Part shown: positions 18,401-25,493 of the stretch, piece after piece | Layout of the letters: each line of letters starts with the position of its first letter | How positions within the stretch are numbered: position 1 is the stretch's first letter | Notes under the pieces: generated by a model | What the model was told of the DNA's origin: nothing | The model's database searches: none | What the model saw: the letters and a program-made list of their open reading frames with translations, nothing else | Position numbers and translations under genes: made by a program | NCBI GenBank assembly: GCA_964490555.1 | Contig: CAZBCE010000003.1 | Location: 733-64,732, forward strand | DNA: 64,000 nt | Direction of reading: 5' to 3' | DNA from: an uncultured Elusimicrobium sp. | Lineage (GTDB): Bacteria; Elusimicrobiota; Elusimicrobia; Elusimicrobiales; Elusimicrobiaceae

Positions 18401-21103
18401 GTGCCTTATAAAAATGCTTCTTTAGACTTAAAAATATTAGGCGCAAAAGATAATTTGCCCGCCGCAAAAGTAAACTGGACGCTTGAAGCCAAAGACGCTT
18501 TGGGCAAACCGGTTAACGCGCGCGCCGTTATTACCGCTTACGACAGTTCTTTAGATTACTATCAAAAGCATACGCTTTCTTTCCCAAGCGTTTACTCTAA
18601 TAAAGATAGGTATATGCCGCAGGCGGAAAGTTCCTTAAATAACAACAATAATTATTATGCCCGCGAGATGGTTTATGACGCCTTTGAAATGGGCGGCGGA
18701 TTTGGCGGAATAAGAAGCAGTGTGGCAAGAAGCAGCGGTATGATGAACAAGGCCACCCTTCCCGCCGCGCCGCAGGCTTTAGCAATGGAAGCAGACAAAG
18801 AGGCTGCTTTCCCCACCAATGCGGAAGAGCCGCAGGTTACAGTAAGGGAAAACTTTGCGGAAACCGCAGTCTGGCTGCCGCGCGTTAACATAACCGATGG
18901 CGTCGCGCCCATAGCCTTTACATTCCCGCAAAGGTTTACGCAATGGACAATGCTTGCCGCCGCGTTTACCAAAGATTTAAAGACGGGCCAAACCTCCTTT
19001 ACCGCAACAACCAAGCAGGACCTTATGGTAAGGTTGGAAACACCCCGCTTTTTAAGAGAAGGCGACAGCTTTGAACTTAAAGCCATTATTACAAACAACT
19101 CAACAGCCGCGCTGCCCGTAGCTTTGGAACTTATTACAAAGCTGGACGAAGATGACGCTAAAGATTTACTGGGCATATTAAACACCACCGCAGAAATAAG
19201 GATTAACCCCGGCGAACAAAGCGTTGTAAGCTGGCCCATACGCGCGCCGCAGGGTTCCGGCATATTTAACTTTACGCTAATAGCAAAAGCGGCAGGCCTT
19301 AGCGACGGGGAAGTTAAATCCTTCCCGCTGCTGCCCGCAACGCAGCGCCTTAGCGAAAGCAAGACAATAGCGGTAAAGGACGGCGCAAATACCGTTTCTC
19401 TTGATAATCTTGCCAACCCAAATACCGAACTTAATGCCGTGCATTTAAGCATAGAGCCGTCCCTGCTTATGCCCGTGCTTAACGCTATGCCTTTGCTTAC
19501 ATACGATTCTTATCAAACTGTAACGGGCTTATTAAATTCCTATCTGCCTTTGGCTATTTTAAACGGGCTTTATAATAAATATCCCGATTTTAAAGCAGCC
19601 GCAGACGCTTTGCCCGCCCGCAAAACTTCCCTGCCCGCTTGGGATACCAATCAGGAAATGCTGATGACGGAACTTTCCTCATCGCCTTGGTACACTCTCT
19701 CAAAAGGCTATCAGCAGGACGCCAAAACCATAAATCTTTTTGACGCGGCCCTTGTGCAAAAACAACAACGCAAGGTAATAGCCAAACTTAAAGATTACCA
19801 GAATGAGGACGGCGGATTTGCCTGGATAAAAGGCGGCAAGAGCAGCCTTTATATAACGCTTTACTCTTTGGATATTATGGCGCAGGCGCGCGACTTTGGC
19901 GCGCAAATACCCGAAGCTATGGTTAAAAAAGCATTGGTTTACGCCATAAGCAACAGCAATATAAATGTGGTTTCTCCCTCGTACGATAATTTAACATACT
20001 CTTTATATACGGCTTATGTTCTTACCTCTTTCCCTGAAAGCTGGTATACCTTTGACGTAAAGAAACTGGTTAATACGGCTGACGAGTTTGGCTCTTATAT
20101 GACGCCTATGGGCAAGGCTTACGCCGCGGTAGTATGCAAGCGCGTGGGGTATGACGACAGGGCAATGCTTTATATAGACAGGCTGTTTGACTCCGTCAAA
20201 ACCTCCCCCGTTACGGGTATGTATTGGGCGCAGGAAGAACGCAGCTGGCAGTGGTATAACGACACCGTTACACAGCATGTTATGGCCATAAAAGCCTTAA
20301 ATATTATCAACCCGCAGGACGCCCGCATTAAAGAACTTGTTAAATGGCTTATGCTCAACAGGAAAACGGACCAATGGACCAACAGCGAAGAAACCGCAAA
20401 AGCCGTTTACACCCTGCTGGACGTTATGGATAAAAACGCCGCGCTCAGCCAAACCAAAACCTTTAATATAAAGTGGAACGGGGAAGAGAGTATTTTGGAA
20501 GTAAAACCCTATGATACCTTTAACCCCAACTTTACCTTCAGCAGATACGAAAGCAATGCAACGCAGGACGGACTTAAAGCCGTTATAACCAAAACGGTAA
20601 ACACAAAGGGCAGCAAGCAAAAAACTTCTTTGGACGATTTTGCCTCGCTCACCGCCGTGTTCACAAGCCTTTCCGCGCCAAAGCAATCGCCTGAGGGTAT
20701 GCTTAATATCCGCAAGCAGCTGTTCCTTGTAAAGGATAAAAAAGCTGTTGCGCTGCCAGAAGGCGCGCAGATAAAAGTTGGCGACGAAATACAGGTACGC
20801 CTTACCATAAGTTGTAAGAATGCTTTCAGCTTTGTAAACATAGCGGACCCTAAGCCCGCCGCGTTTGAGGCCGATAATCTGCTTTCAGGCTGGCAGTATA
20901 ACCTGCTTGGCAGATACGAAGAAGTCCGCGACAATGCCACTAACTTCTTTATGGACTGGCTGCCCAACGGCACTTATGAACTTAAATACACCTTACGCCC
21001 CACCACGCCTGGTACCTACAGCGTTGGCGCGGCGGTAATGCAAAGTATGTTTGCGCCGCAGTTTACGGCGCACAGTCAGGGCTTTTTTATAACGGTAAAA
21101 TAG
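15443..21103 (+). CDS. alpha-2-macroglobulin family protein (bacterial A2M/YfhM/MagD-like), thioester motif absent
   Basis: 1886 aa with a signal peptide. It has the family hallmark VRENFAETAVWLP (about 18841-18879). The expected C-x-E-Q thioester site reads LLTYDSYQTVTG (about 19498-19521). DGGFAWIKGG...LYITLYSL is a TED-like region. Confidence 0.85.
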   Translation: MRKYLLTALAVLAVAGFTCAQDISQARKAYASALYQQAADQFAPFTKSKDENISWEARLKTVLAYNYLGQFDNALKTIFSYPSPDNSLWNSRYLYIKASLLNYNNSIYQSPDLEETQTDPTAFTYEQKEAEAKKAYTALWDMRKDLVNFPSKQSADYLKINYSNLNPVLQPSLFDFFISNWQSNGTQPQEKILEEAYSLGGKDRDYIREVWHVERLLMFRDFQDKKSSLLLAACLDYASGLSEKCSPSKEMKPYLFTAKEIMGKAKASLESAQIYLSAKEYEKAAAAADYCLKLPLNYFSQSCKDIKNNLETPTLSWEGNGYNITDVPSGEDVPLKVVSSNVKNFYIHIFPLNAEEFSYPCNNYARRGKAALKASVCWRNYQDNIERKLEKAKPSRTLAVNVKYPQKYAPATTKVTLPYISDGFYAVGLSYHNRFEYDNPVMLLNFTDLAAFATQFKTISQDKIKIPLYKKYFNVYTVDAKTGALRPNIKIFSSLGDTKTDINAQALISYEGRSMGENYLSLLAKDYGNNALLPSVYINDNEEEPYKIIINKDRAIYRPEQEIKLAFTVIEKTPSGYTPYSGKDTLALTIASPNGKNIAKADIALDDMGSADYSFKIPKGALMGRVLINARFKKVSDTSFISVEEYKRPEFEVSLDKNLDAVTYGKPFTVTGKAKYYYGSPVANAKVTYSINKEYFIPWFCWYFPVRQNRQQSIEGKAITDKDGAFKITFTPQEDEDNKTARYSLPQRYNITAFVTDAGGRAIQDSQRYTVSRQEKFFAIKNDKGFFRQDKEGYLTVQMVNADEAPLEGSAKAVIYSAEPTETPEDIFRNMDRLPEFKEGKQVKSFSADFNKEGPSKINLPALKEGFYIIKFITEGSDGKDNEGKFTFMVVNPKNCKLNLPSVTIAEEKVYYPGQTAAVLIGAAKAKGNKYIELYKDGMLLEQKTLPTSGAAILEIPVKKSYEGGISLNWFAAYAMEGFKGSASLEVPYKNASLDLKILGAKDNLPAAKVNWTLEAKDALGKPVNARAVITAYDSSLDYYQKHTLSFPSVYSNKDRYMPQAESSLNNNNNYYAREMVYDAFEMGGGFGGIRSSVARSSGMMNKATLPAAPQALAMEADKEAAFPTNAEEPQVTVRENFAETAVWLPRVNITDGVAPIAFTFPQRFTQWTMLAAAFTKDLKTGQTSFTATTKQDLMVRLETPRFLREGDSFELKAIITNNSTAALPVALELITKLDEDDAKDLLGILNTTAEIRINPGEQSVVSWPIRAPQGSGIFNFTLIAKAAGLSDGEVKSFPLLPATQRLSESKTIAVKDGANTVSLDNLANPNTELNAVHLSIEPSLLMPVLNAMPLLTYDSYQTVTGLLNSYLPLAILNGLYNKYPDFKAAADALPARKTSLPAWDTNQEMLMTELSSSPWYTLSKGYQQDAKTINLFDAALVQKQQRKVIAKLKDYQNEDGGFAWIKGGKSSLYITLYSLDIMAQARDFGAQIPEAMVKKALVYAISNSNINVVSPSYDNLTYSLYTAYVLTSFPESWYTFDVKKLVNTADEFGSYMTPMGKAYAAVVCKRVGYDDRAMLYIDRLFDSVKTSPVTGMYWAQEERSWQWYNDTVTQHVMAIKALNIINPQDARIKELVKWLMLNRKTDQWTNSEETAKAVYTLLDVMDKNAALSQTKTFNIKWNGEESILEVKPYDTFNPNFTFSRYESNATQDGLKAVITKTVNTKGSKQKTSLDDFASLTAVFTSLSAPKQSPEGMLNIRKQLFLVKDKKAVALPEGAQIKVGDEIQVRLTISCKNAFSFVNIADPKPAAFEADNLLSGWQYNLLGRYEEVRDNATNFFMDWLPNGTYELKYTLRPTTPGTYSVGAAVMQSMFAPQFTAHSQGFFITVK

Positions 21104-21118
21104 CTTTAGGACTTAAAG

Positions 21119-21149
21119 GGGGTTTGCCTTTGCGGCAGGCCCCTTTTTT
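21119..21149 (+). terminator. intrinsic terminator after the A2M gene
   Basis: GGGGTTTGCC-TTTGC-GGCAGGCCCC stem-loop (with G-U pairs) followed by TTTTTT. Confidence 0.7.
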
Positions 21150-21194
21150 ATTTTAAGAGTTTTAGAAGTTCCCAAATTTAATATAATAAACTAT

Positions 21195-21809
21195 ATGACA
21201 ACATTCTTTCTTTTGGCTGTAAGTTTTCTGCTTGGCGGTATACCGTCAGGTTACTTGATAACAAAGAGAATTAAAGGCGTAGATATACGCAATTACGGTT
21301 CAGGCAACCCCGGAGCCGCAAATGTTTACAGAACAGTAGGCAAATGGGCCGGTTGGGGCACGTTTTTCTGCGACGCGCTTAAAGGCGCGGCAGCCGTTGT
21401 GCTGGCGCAGTATTTAGCGTCGGGCCAAGAGTACCTTGCAATGCTTTGCGGCTTTGTAGCAATCTGCGGGCATATGTGGACGCCGTTTTTAAAGTTCCGC
21501 GGCGGCAAGGGCGTTGCAACCTCAGCGGGCGTTTTTGGTGCGCTGCTTCCCATACCTACAATAATAGGTTTTACGGTATTTGCCGTTATGGTTTGGATTA
21601 CGGGCCGCATTTCCGCGGGCTCAATAGTGGCGGCGATAGTGCTGCCTATTTCCAGCTTTTTTGTAGGCGATTATCCCCTCGGCTTTTCCATACTCAGCTT
21701 GGTGATAGGTATTATTGTAGTTTATAAACATATCCCCAATATTAAGCGTATGCTTAATAAAAACGAACTTCGTTTTGAAGACGGTTCTAAAAAAAATGAA
21801 ACTAAATAA
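21195..21809 (+). CDS. plsY: glycerol-3-phosphate acyltransferase PlsY
   Basis: GSGNPGAANV motif, FLKFRGGKGVAT, ~200-aa polytopic membrane protein. Confidence 0.95.
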   Translation: MTTFFLLAVSFLLGGIPSGYLITKRIKGVDIRNYGSGNPGAANVYRTVGKWAGWGTFFCDALKGAAAVVLAQYLASGQEYLAMLCGFVAICGHMWTPFLKFRGGKGVATSAGVFGALLPIPTIIGFTVFAVMVWITGRISAGSIVAAIVLPISSFFVGDYPLGFSILSLVIGIIVVYKHIPNIKRMLNKNELRFEDGSKKNETK

Positions 21810-22791
21810 AATAACTGTTCTGGGCGCAGGGGTTTGGGGAAGCGTTATCGCGCAGCATTGCGCTAAAAACGGCTTTAAAGTATGCGTTTGGGAATATTCC
21901 AAGGAACTCCTTGCCAATATAGAAGCCGCCAAAGGCGGACACCCCAATATACCTAATTTTACTTTTCACCCTAACATATCGCTTACGGGCGATACCGCCG
22001 CCGCCGTACAAGACGCCGAGATGCTTATTTTTGTTATCTCCTCCAAAGCCATTCGCGGCTTTTGCAGGCAGATAAAACCTATGCTTAACGGCAGGGTTAT
22101 CCCCGTAATTTGCGCGTCTAAAGGTTTGGAAGATAAAACCTTTAAGACCATGTGCGAAATTATAGAAGAAGAATTACCGCATCTTGAAGGCAATGTCTTT
22201 GCTTTCAGCGGCCCCAGTTTCGCTTTGGAAGTGGCAAAAGGCATACCCACCAAGATTATTTTGGCGGGGCATAACGGCCTTATGCTGGGCGAACTTAAAA
22301 AACTTTTAAGCAATCCCCCCATAGTTTTGGAAACCTCTTTTGACAGACGCGGCGCGGAATACGGCGGCGCGATAAAAAACGTAGTGGCCATAGGCTGCGG
22401 CATACTTGACGGCATAGGCGACGGCGCAAACACCAAAGCCGCGCTGCTTACCAAAGCTATGCAGGAGATGAACTCCATTATGTTAAGCCAAAATTGCACG
22501 ACGGAAGCCGTCTACGGCCTTTGCGGTCTGGGCGACGCCATACTTACGGGTATGTCGGCGATATCGCGCAACAGACGCCTGGGCGAAAAGCTCGGCGAAG
22601 GGCTTACGCTTGAAGAAGCAAAAAAACAGGTAGGTACTATTGCGGAAGGCGCAAACTCCGTCCAGAGCGTTTACGATTTGATACAGAAAAACAACCTTAA
22701 CTGCCCCGTTATAACCGCTATTTGGCGCATAGTAATCTGCGGCGACAACCCCGGCGTACTTATAGAAGCCTTAGGCTTTAAATCCAATTAA
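21796..22791 (+). CDS. gpsA: NAD(P)H-dependent glycerol-3-phosphate dehydrogenase
   Basis: MKLNKITVLGAGVWGS Rossmann start, plus GAIKNVVAIGCG and EGANSV blocks. The track start 21775 is a TTG; the ATG at 21796 overlaps the plsY end. Confidence 0.93.
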   Translation: MKLNKITVLGAGVWGSVIAQHCAKNGFKVCVWEYSKELLANIEAAKGGHPNIPNFTFHPNISLTGDTAAAVQDAEMLIFVISSKAIRGFCRQIKPMLNGRVIPVICASKGLEDKTFKTMCEIIEEELPHLEGNVFAFSGPSFALEVAKGIPTKIILAGHNGLMLGELKKLLSNPPIVLETSFDRRGAEYGGAIKNVVAIGCGILDGIGDGANTKAALLTKAMQEMNSIMLSQNCTTEAVYGLCGLGDAILTGMSAISRNRRLGEKLGEGLTLEEAKKQVGTIAEGANSVQSVYDLIQKNNLNCPVITAIWRIVICGDNPGVLIEALGFKSN

Positions 22792-22808
22792 ACAATTAAG
22801 AAGGTTTT

Positions 22809-23069
22809 ATGAATAAAGAAGATATTATACAAGAACTGTCAAAGCATCTTTTTGACAAAAAACAGGCAAAAATCGCCGTGGAAACTACAATAGATATTAT
22901 GAAATCCGCTCTCCAGAAAGGCGATAAAGTGGTACTCTCAAATTTCGGCACGTTTAAGACAAAAGACAGCAAGCCCATAAGCCTTAAAAACCCTAAAACG
23001 GGTAAGGCAATCCCCGTACCGTCCAAAACGCGTATAAGATTTAAACCGTCAAAAAATATATTAGAATAG
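22809..23069 (+). CDS. HU/IHF family DNA-binding protein
   Basis: 86 aa with GDKVVLSNFGTFKTK...NPKTGKAIPVPSKTRIRFKPSK, the classic HU/IHF arm. Confidence 0.9.
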   Translation: MNKEDIIQELSKHLFDKKQAKIAVETTIDIMKSALQKGDKVVLSNFGTFKTKDSKPISLKNPKTGKAIPVPSKTRIRFKPSKNILE

Positions 23070-23073
23070 AAAA

Positions 23074-23427
23074 ATGAACCTTGATGACTTGCAAAATAAA
23101 GATTATTTTACCATAGGCGAAGTATCCAAGATTTCGGGCGTGCCCGAATATACCATAAGATACTGGGAAAAGGCCTTTGCCCTCATCAAGCCTATCCGCA
23201 AGGAAAGTAAGCACCGCCGTTACACGCGCGCAGACGTTGACACAATACTCAAGATAAAAGATTTAATTTACAAACATAAAATGACGCTTGAGGGCGCAAA
23301 AAAACAATTAAGCCGTTTTATGTCCGTCGGCGCAAAGCCAAAAACAAAAGACGCTTTTTATACGGCAAGGGACGTTAAATTTTTAAAAGAAATTAAAGAA
23401 ACCCTTTCACAAATCATAAAAGAATGA
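23074..23427 (+). CDS. MerR family transcriptional regulator
   Basis: YFTIGEVSKISGVPEYTIRYWEKAF helix-turn-helix; 117 aa. Confidence 0.85.
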   Translation: MNLDDLQNKDYFTIGEVSKISGVPEYTIRYWEKAFALIKPIRKESKHRRYTRADVDTILKIKDLIYKHKMTLEGAKKQLSRFMSVGAKPKTKDAFYTARDVKFLKEIKETLSQIIKE

Positions 23428-23515
23428 TAAAATATAAGGGTGAGATGTAAAAGAAGTATTTGGACCTTCGACGTAAAAACAATTTTAAAGTAGTTGCGGT
23501 AAACGCAAATATTTT

Positions 23516-23590
23516 CGGGGAGTGGCTTAGTGGTATAGCGCTCGCTTGGGGTGCGAGAGGTCCCGGGTCCGATTCCCGGCTCCCCGACCA
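23516..23590 (+). tRNA. tRNA-Pro (anticodon GGG), CCA encoded
   Basis: Hand-folded cloverleaf. Acceptor CGGGGAG/CTCCCCG. Anticodon stem CTCGC/GCGAG with loop TTGGGGT (G37). T-stem CCGGG/CCCGG with an unusual T-loop TCCGATT. Discriminator A followed by CCA. Confidence 0.88.
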
Positions 23591-23628
23591 TTTTTTATGG
23601 TAAATTGTTTTTACAGGTGTCCGTATAA

Positions 23629-23701
23629 CGGGGCGTAGCGCAGCTGGTAGCGCGCACGGTTCGGGACCGTGAGGCCGTGGGTTCGAATCCCGCCGCCCCG
23701 A
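23629..23701 (+). tRNA. tRNA-Pro (anticodon CGG), CCA not encoded
   Basis: Hand-folded cloverleaf. Acceptor CGGGGCG/CGCCCCG. D-arm GCGC-AGCTGGTA-GCGC. Anticodon stem CACGG/CCGTG with loop TTCGGGA. T-arm GTGGG-TTCGAAT-CCCGC. Total 73 nt. Confidence 0.92.
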
Positions 23702-23715
23702 TTTATTTAAGGTTG

Positions 23716-23739
23716 AAACCGCTATTGAGCGGTTTTTTT
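23716..23739 (+). terminator. intrinsic terminator after the tRNA-Pro pair
   Basis: ACCGCT-ATTG-AGCGGT hairpin followed by a T-run of at least six. Confidence 0.6.
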
Positions 23740-23747
23740 CATTTATA

Positions 23748-23912
23748 GGGGCGGAGGAAAGGAACTGCTTCCTTTTCGTCGGGATTTGAAGGGCGGAGCG
23801 ATGTTTTTGTTTGACGAGGGCAACGAGGAAAGGCAAAAACCGCGAGCCCCGGCCCGTAGGAATTTGCCGTCAGGCAAATTACCGTAGGGGAAGACCGCCG
23901 CAAGAATAATAA
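23748..23912 (+). ncRNA. candidate tmRNA (ssrA) 5'-half-like fragment or unknown structured RNA
   Basis: GGGGCGG at 23748 and TTCGTCGGGATTTGAAGG at 23775 resemble the conserved tmRNA 5' block (GGGGCUG...UUCGACGGGAUUUG). GC-rich hairpins follow. No T-arm/ACCA 3' domain was found, and the sequence turns AT-rich near 23905. Confidence 0.3.
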
Positions 23913-23999
23913 AATCAATATCAAATACATTAATTTATCATATAAGATCTTCTTTTAAAAATATTCTTTCTTGATATAATTATATTAGGAGATATTACT

Positions 24000-24425
24000 A
24001 TGGATACAACTACAATTATTGTTGCTCTTCTTGCGATCTTCGGCTCATGCATTACATATTATCTGGCACAAAAACAACAGATAGCCGCAGAACAAAGAAA
24101 GCTAAAACAAGATTATTATAGAAATTTTATAAAAGCACTTAGTGATGTCGCTCTTGATAACACAGACCCAAACGCACAGGCCCGCCTATCTGAAGGGTTC
24201 AATAGTCTAATTGTAGTTGGTTCGCCCTTAGTAGTGCAAAAATTAACAAAGTATCATAACTGCACTAGCAAAAGTAATCCAGCTCGTCGTGACTCTCAAA
24301 CTTGGCTTAAAGAGCATGATGAATTATTAAAACAACTGGTTATAGCCATTCGTCAAGACATATATGAAAAAGAGAATAATATAGATGAGTTTTTAACCGA
24401 TATTCATCTTGTCGGAAAACCATAG
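24000..24425 (+). CDS. hypothetical small membrane-anchored protein in an AT-rich islet
   Basis: 141-aa ORF with AGGAG 10 nt upstream of the ATG and one N-terminal TM helix (IIVALLAIFGSCITYYL). Its GC content and codon choice are visibly lower and different from the flanking genes. No family recognised. Confidence 0.55.
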   Translation: MDTTTIIVALLAIFGSCITYYLAQKQQIAAEQRKLKQDYYRNFIKALSDVALDNTDPNAQARLSEGFNSLIVVGSPLVVQKLTKYHNCTSKSNPARRDSQTWLKEHDELLKQLVIAIRQDIYEKENNIDEFLTDIHLVGKP

Positions 24426-24542
24426 TACTCCAAATTAGTACTATTAAAATTTACCAGAATATGGAAATTTGCCAGCCGTGAATATCTATATTCCTTAAAT
24501 AAACACTTCAAATACCCGTCAACAATTTGTTAATATATTTTT

Positions 24543-25484
24543 ATGAGAACAACAAGAATATTAACAACCATTTCCTTTTTATTTTTATCCGCGCTCGCTT
24601 TAAACGCGCAAAGTTACAAAAGCGCGGACGACTTTAATAATACCTTTGAAATAAATGTCCACAGAGAGGGCGAAACCTCTATGGCAAAATGTCAGGCCGT
24701 GCGCCTTAACAAAACCTGGTTTATAACGGCCGCGCACTGCGTTAAACCCATTTGCGACAATGCCTGCACCATTGAAGCCCGCCTGATTATAAAAGACAGG
24801 TACGAGATGGATATTTCAGTTGAGCACACCTCCACCCGCCCCGCGGTATTTATACACGAGCGCACAACGCTTAACAAAAACGAAGCGGGTTACGATATAG
24901 CGATAATAAATTTTAAGCCCGAACAATCTAAATACCTCTATAAAGACAGAGCGGAGCAAATGCTTTTACCCAAAAACATTTTTGAAGACAAAGCCCGCTT
25001 ATCCTCCCGCGAAGTATCCGAAGCCGTTGACGGAACAAATTTTCCTCCCGTGCTTGTGCTTAAGGCGGAAACGCCAAAACTGCTTAACAGGCAGCTTGCG
25101 GTAGCGTCAATCTGGGACGGAGGCAAAAGCGTTTTATCTTCCTCAGGCCTTGTTTTTTATTCCCCTAAGCAGCATTATATATATACAAACAACTTCGGCA
25201 TAAGGCGGGGTATTTCAGGCTCGGGCGTGATGACAAATAAAGGCGAACTTGTGGGCATAGTTTCCTCCACGGCGGAAGTGGTAAGAAGCTGCACCACGGG
25301 CAATAACAGCGAGAGGAAAGAATACAGTTTCTCTTTTATGTCCACGTTTGACGAATATGTTTTAAACTTTTTAAAGCGCAATATGGGCAATGTAAATTAT
25401 GATATATCGGGCGAAGATACTTTAAAAATTGTGCCCGAGGAATATAAAAGCATGGCCAATTCAATAGATGATATAGTAAGTTAA
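24543..25484 (+). CDS. secreted trypsin-like serine protease (S1 family), paralog 1
   Basis: Signal peptide. His motif WFITAAHCV, Asp motif GYDIAII, and Ser motif GISGSGVM (similar to the S1B-type G-x-S-G-S). Confidence 0.78.
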   Translation: MRTTRILTTISFLFLSALALNAQSYKSADDFNNTFEINVHREGETSMAKCQAVRLNKTWFITAAHCVKPICDNACTIEARLIIKDRYEMDISVEHTSTRPAVFIHERTTLNKNEAGYDIAIINFKPEQSKYLYKDRAEQMLLPKNIFEDKARLSSREVSEAVDGTNFPPVLVLKAETPKLLNRQLAVASIWDGGKSVLSSSGLVFYSPKQHYIYTNNFGIRRGISGSGVMTNKGELVGIVSSTAEVVRSCTTGNNSERKEYSFSFMSTFDEYVLNFLKRNMGNVNYDISGEDTLKIVPEEYKSMANSIDDIVS

Positions 25485-25493
25485 AAATATATT

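Noticed and set aside
18673-19452. 259-aa minus-strand ORF inside the A2M gene
   Set aside because: The sense strand carries conserved A2M motifs across this interval. The antisense product is Ser/Ala/Leu-rich with no motif and no start context.
23760-23800. Possible SRP (4.5S) RNA, because the minus strand contains GGAAGCAG
   Set aside because: The flanking sequence lacks the GGUCC-GNAR-GGA tetraloop helix and the conserved 5' AGGUCAGG strand. Only the 8-mer matches.
23414-23930. Minus-strand ORFs 23414..23836 and 23739..23930
   Set aside because: They run antisense through two well-folding tRNA-Pro genes and the GC-rich structured segment. They have no start context and an Arg/Pro/Ser-rich composition.
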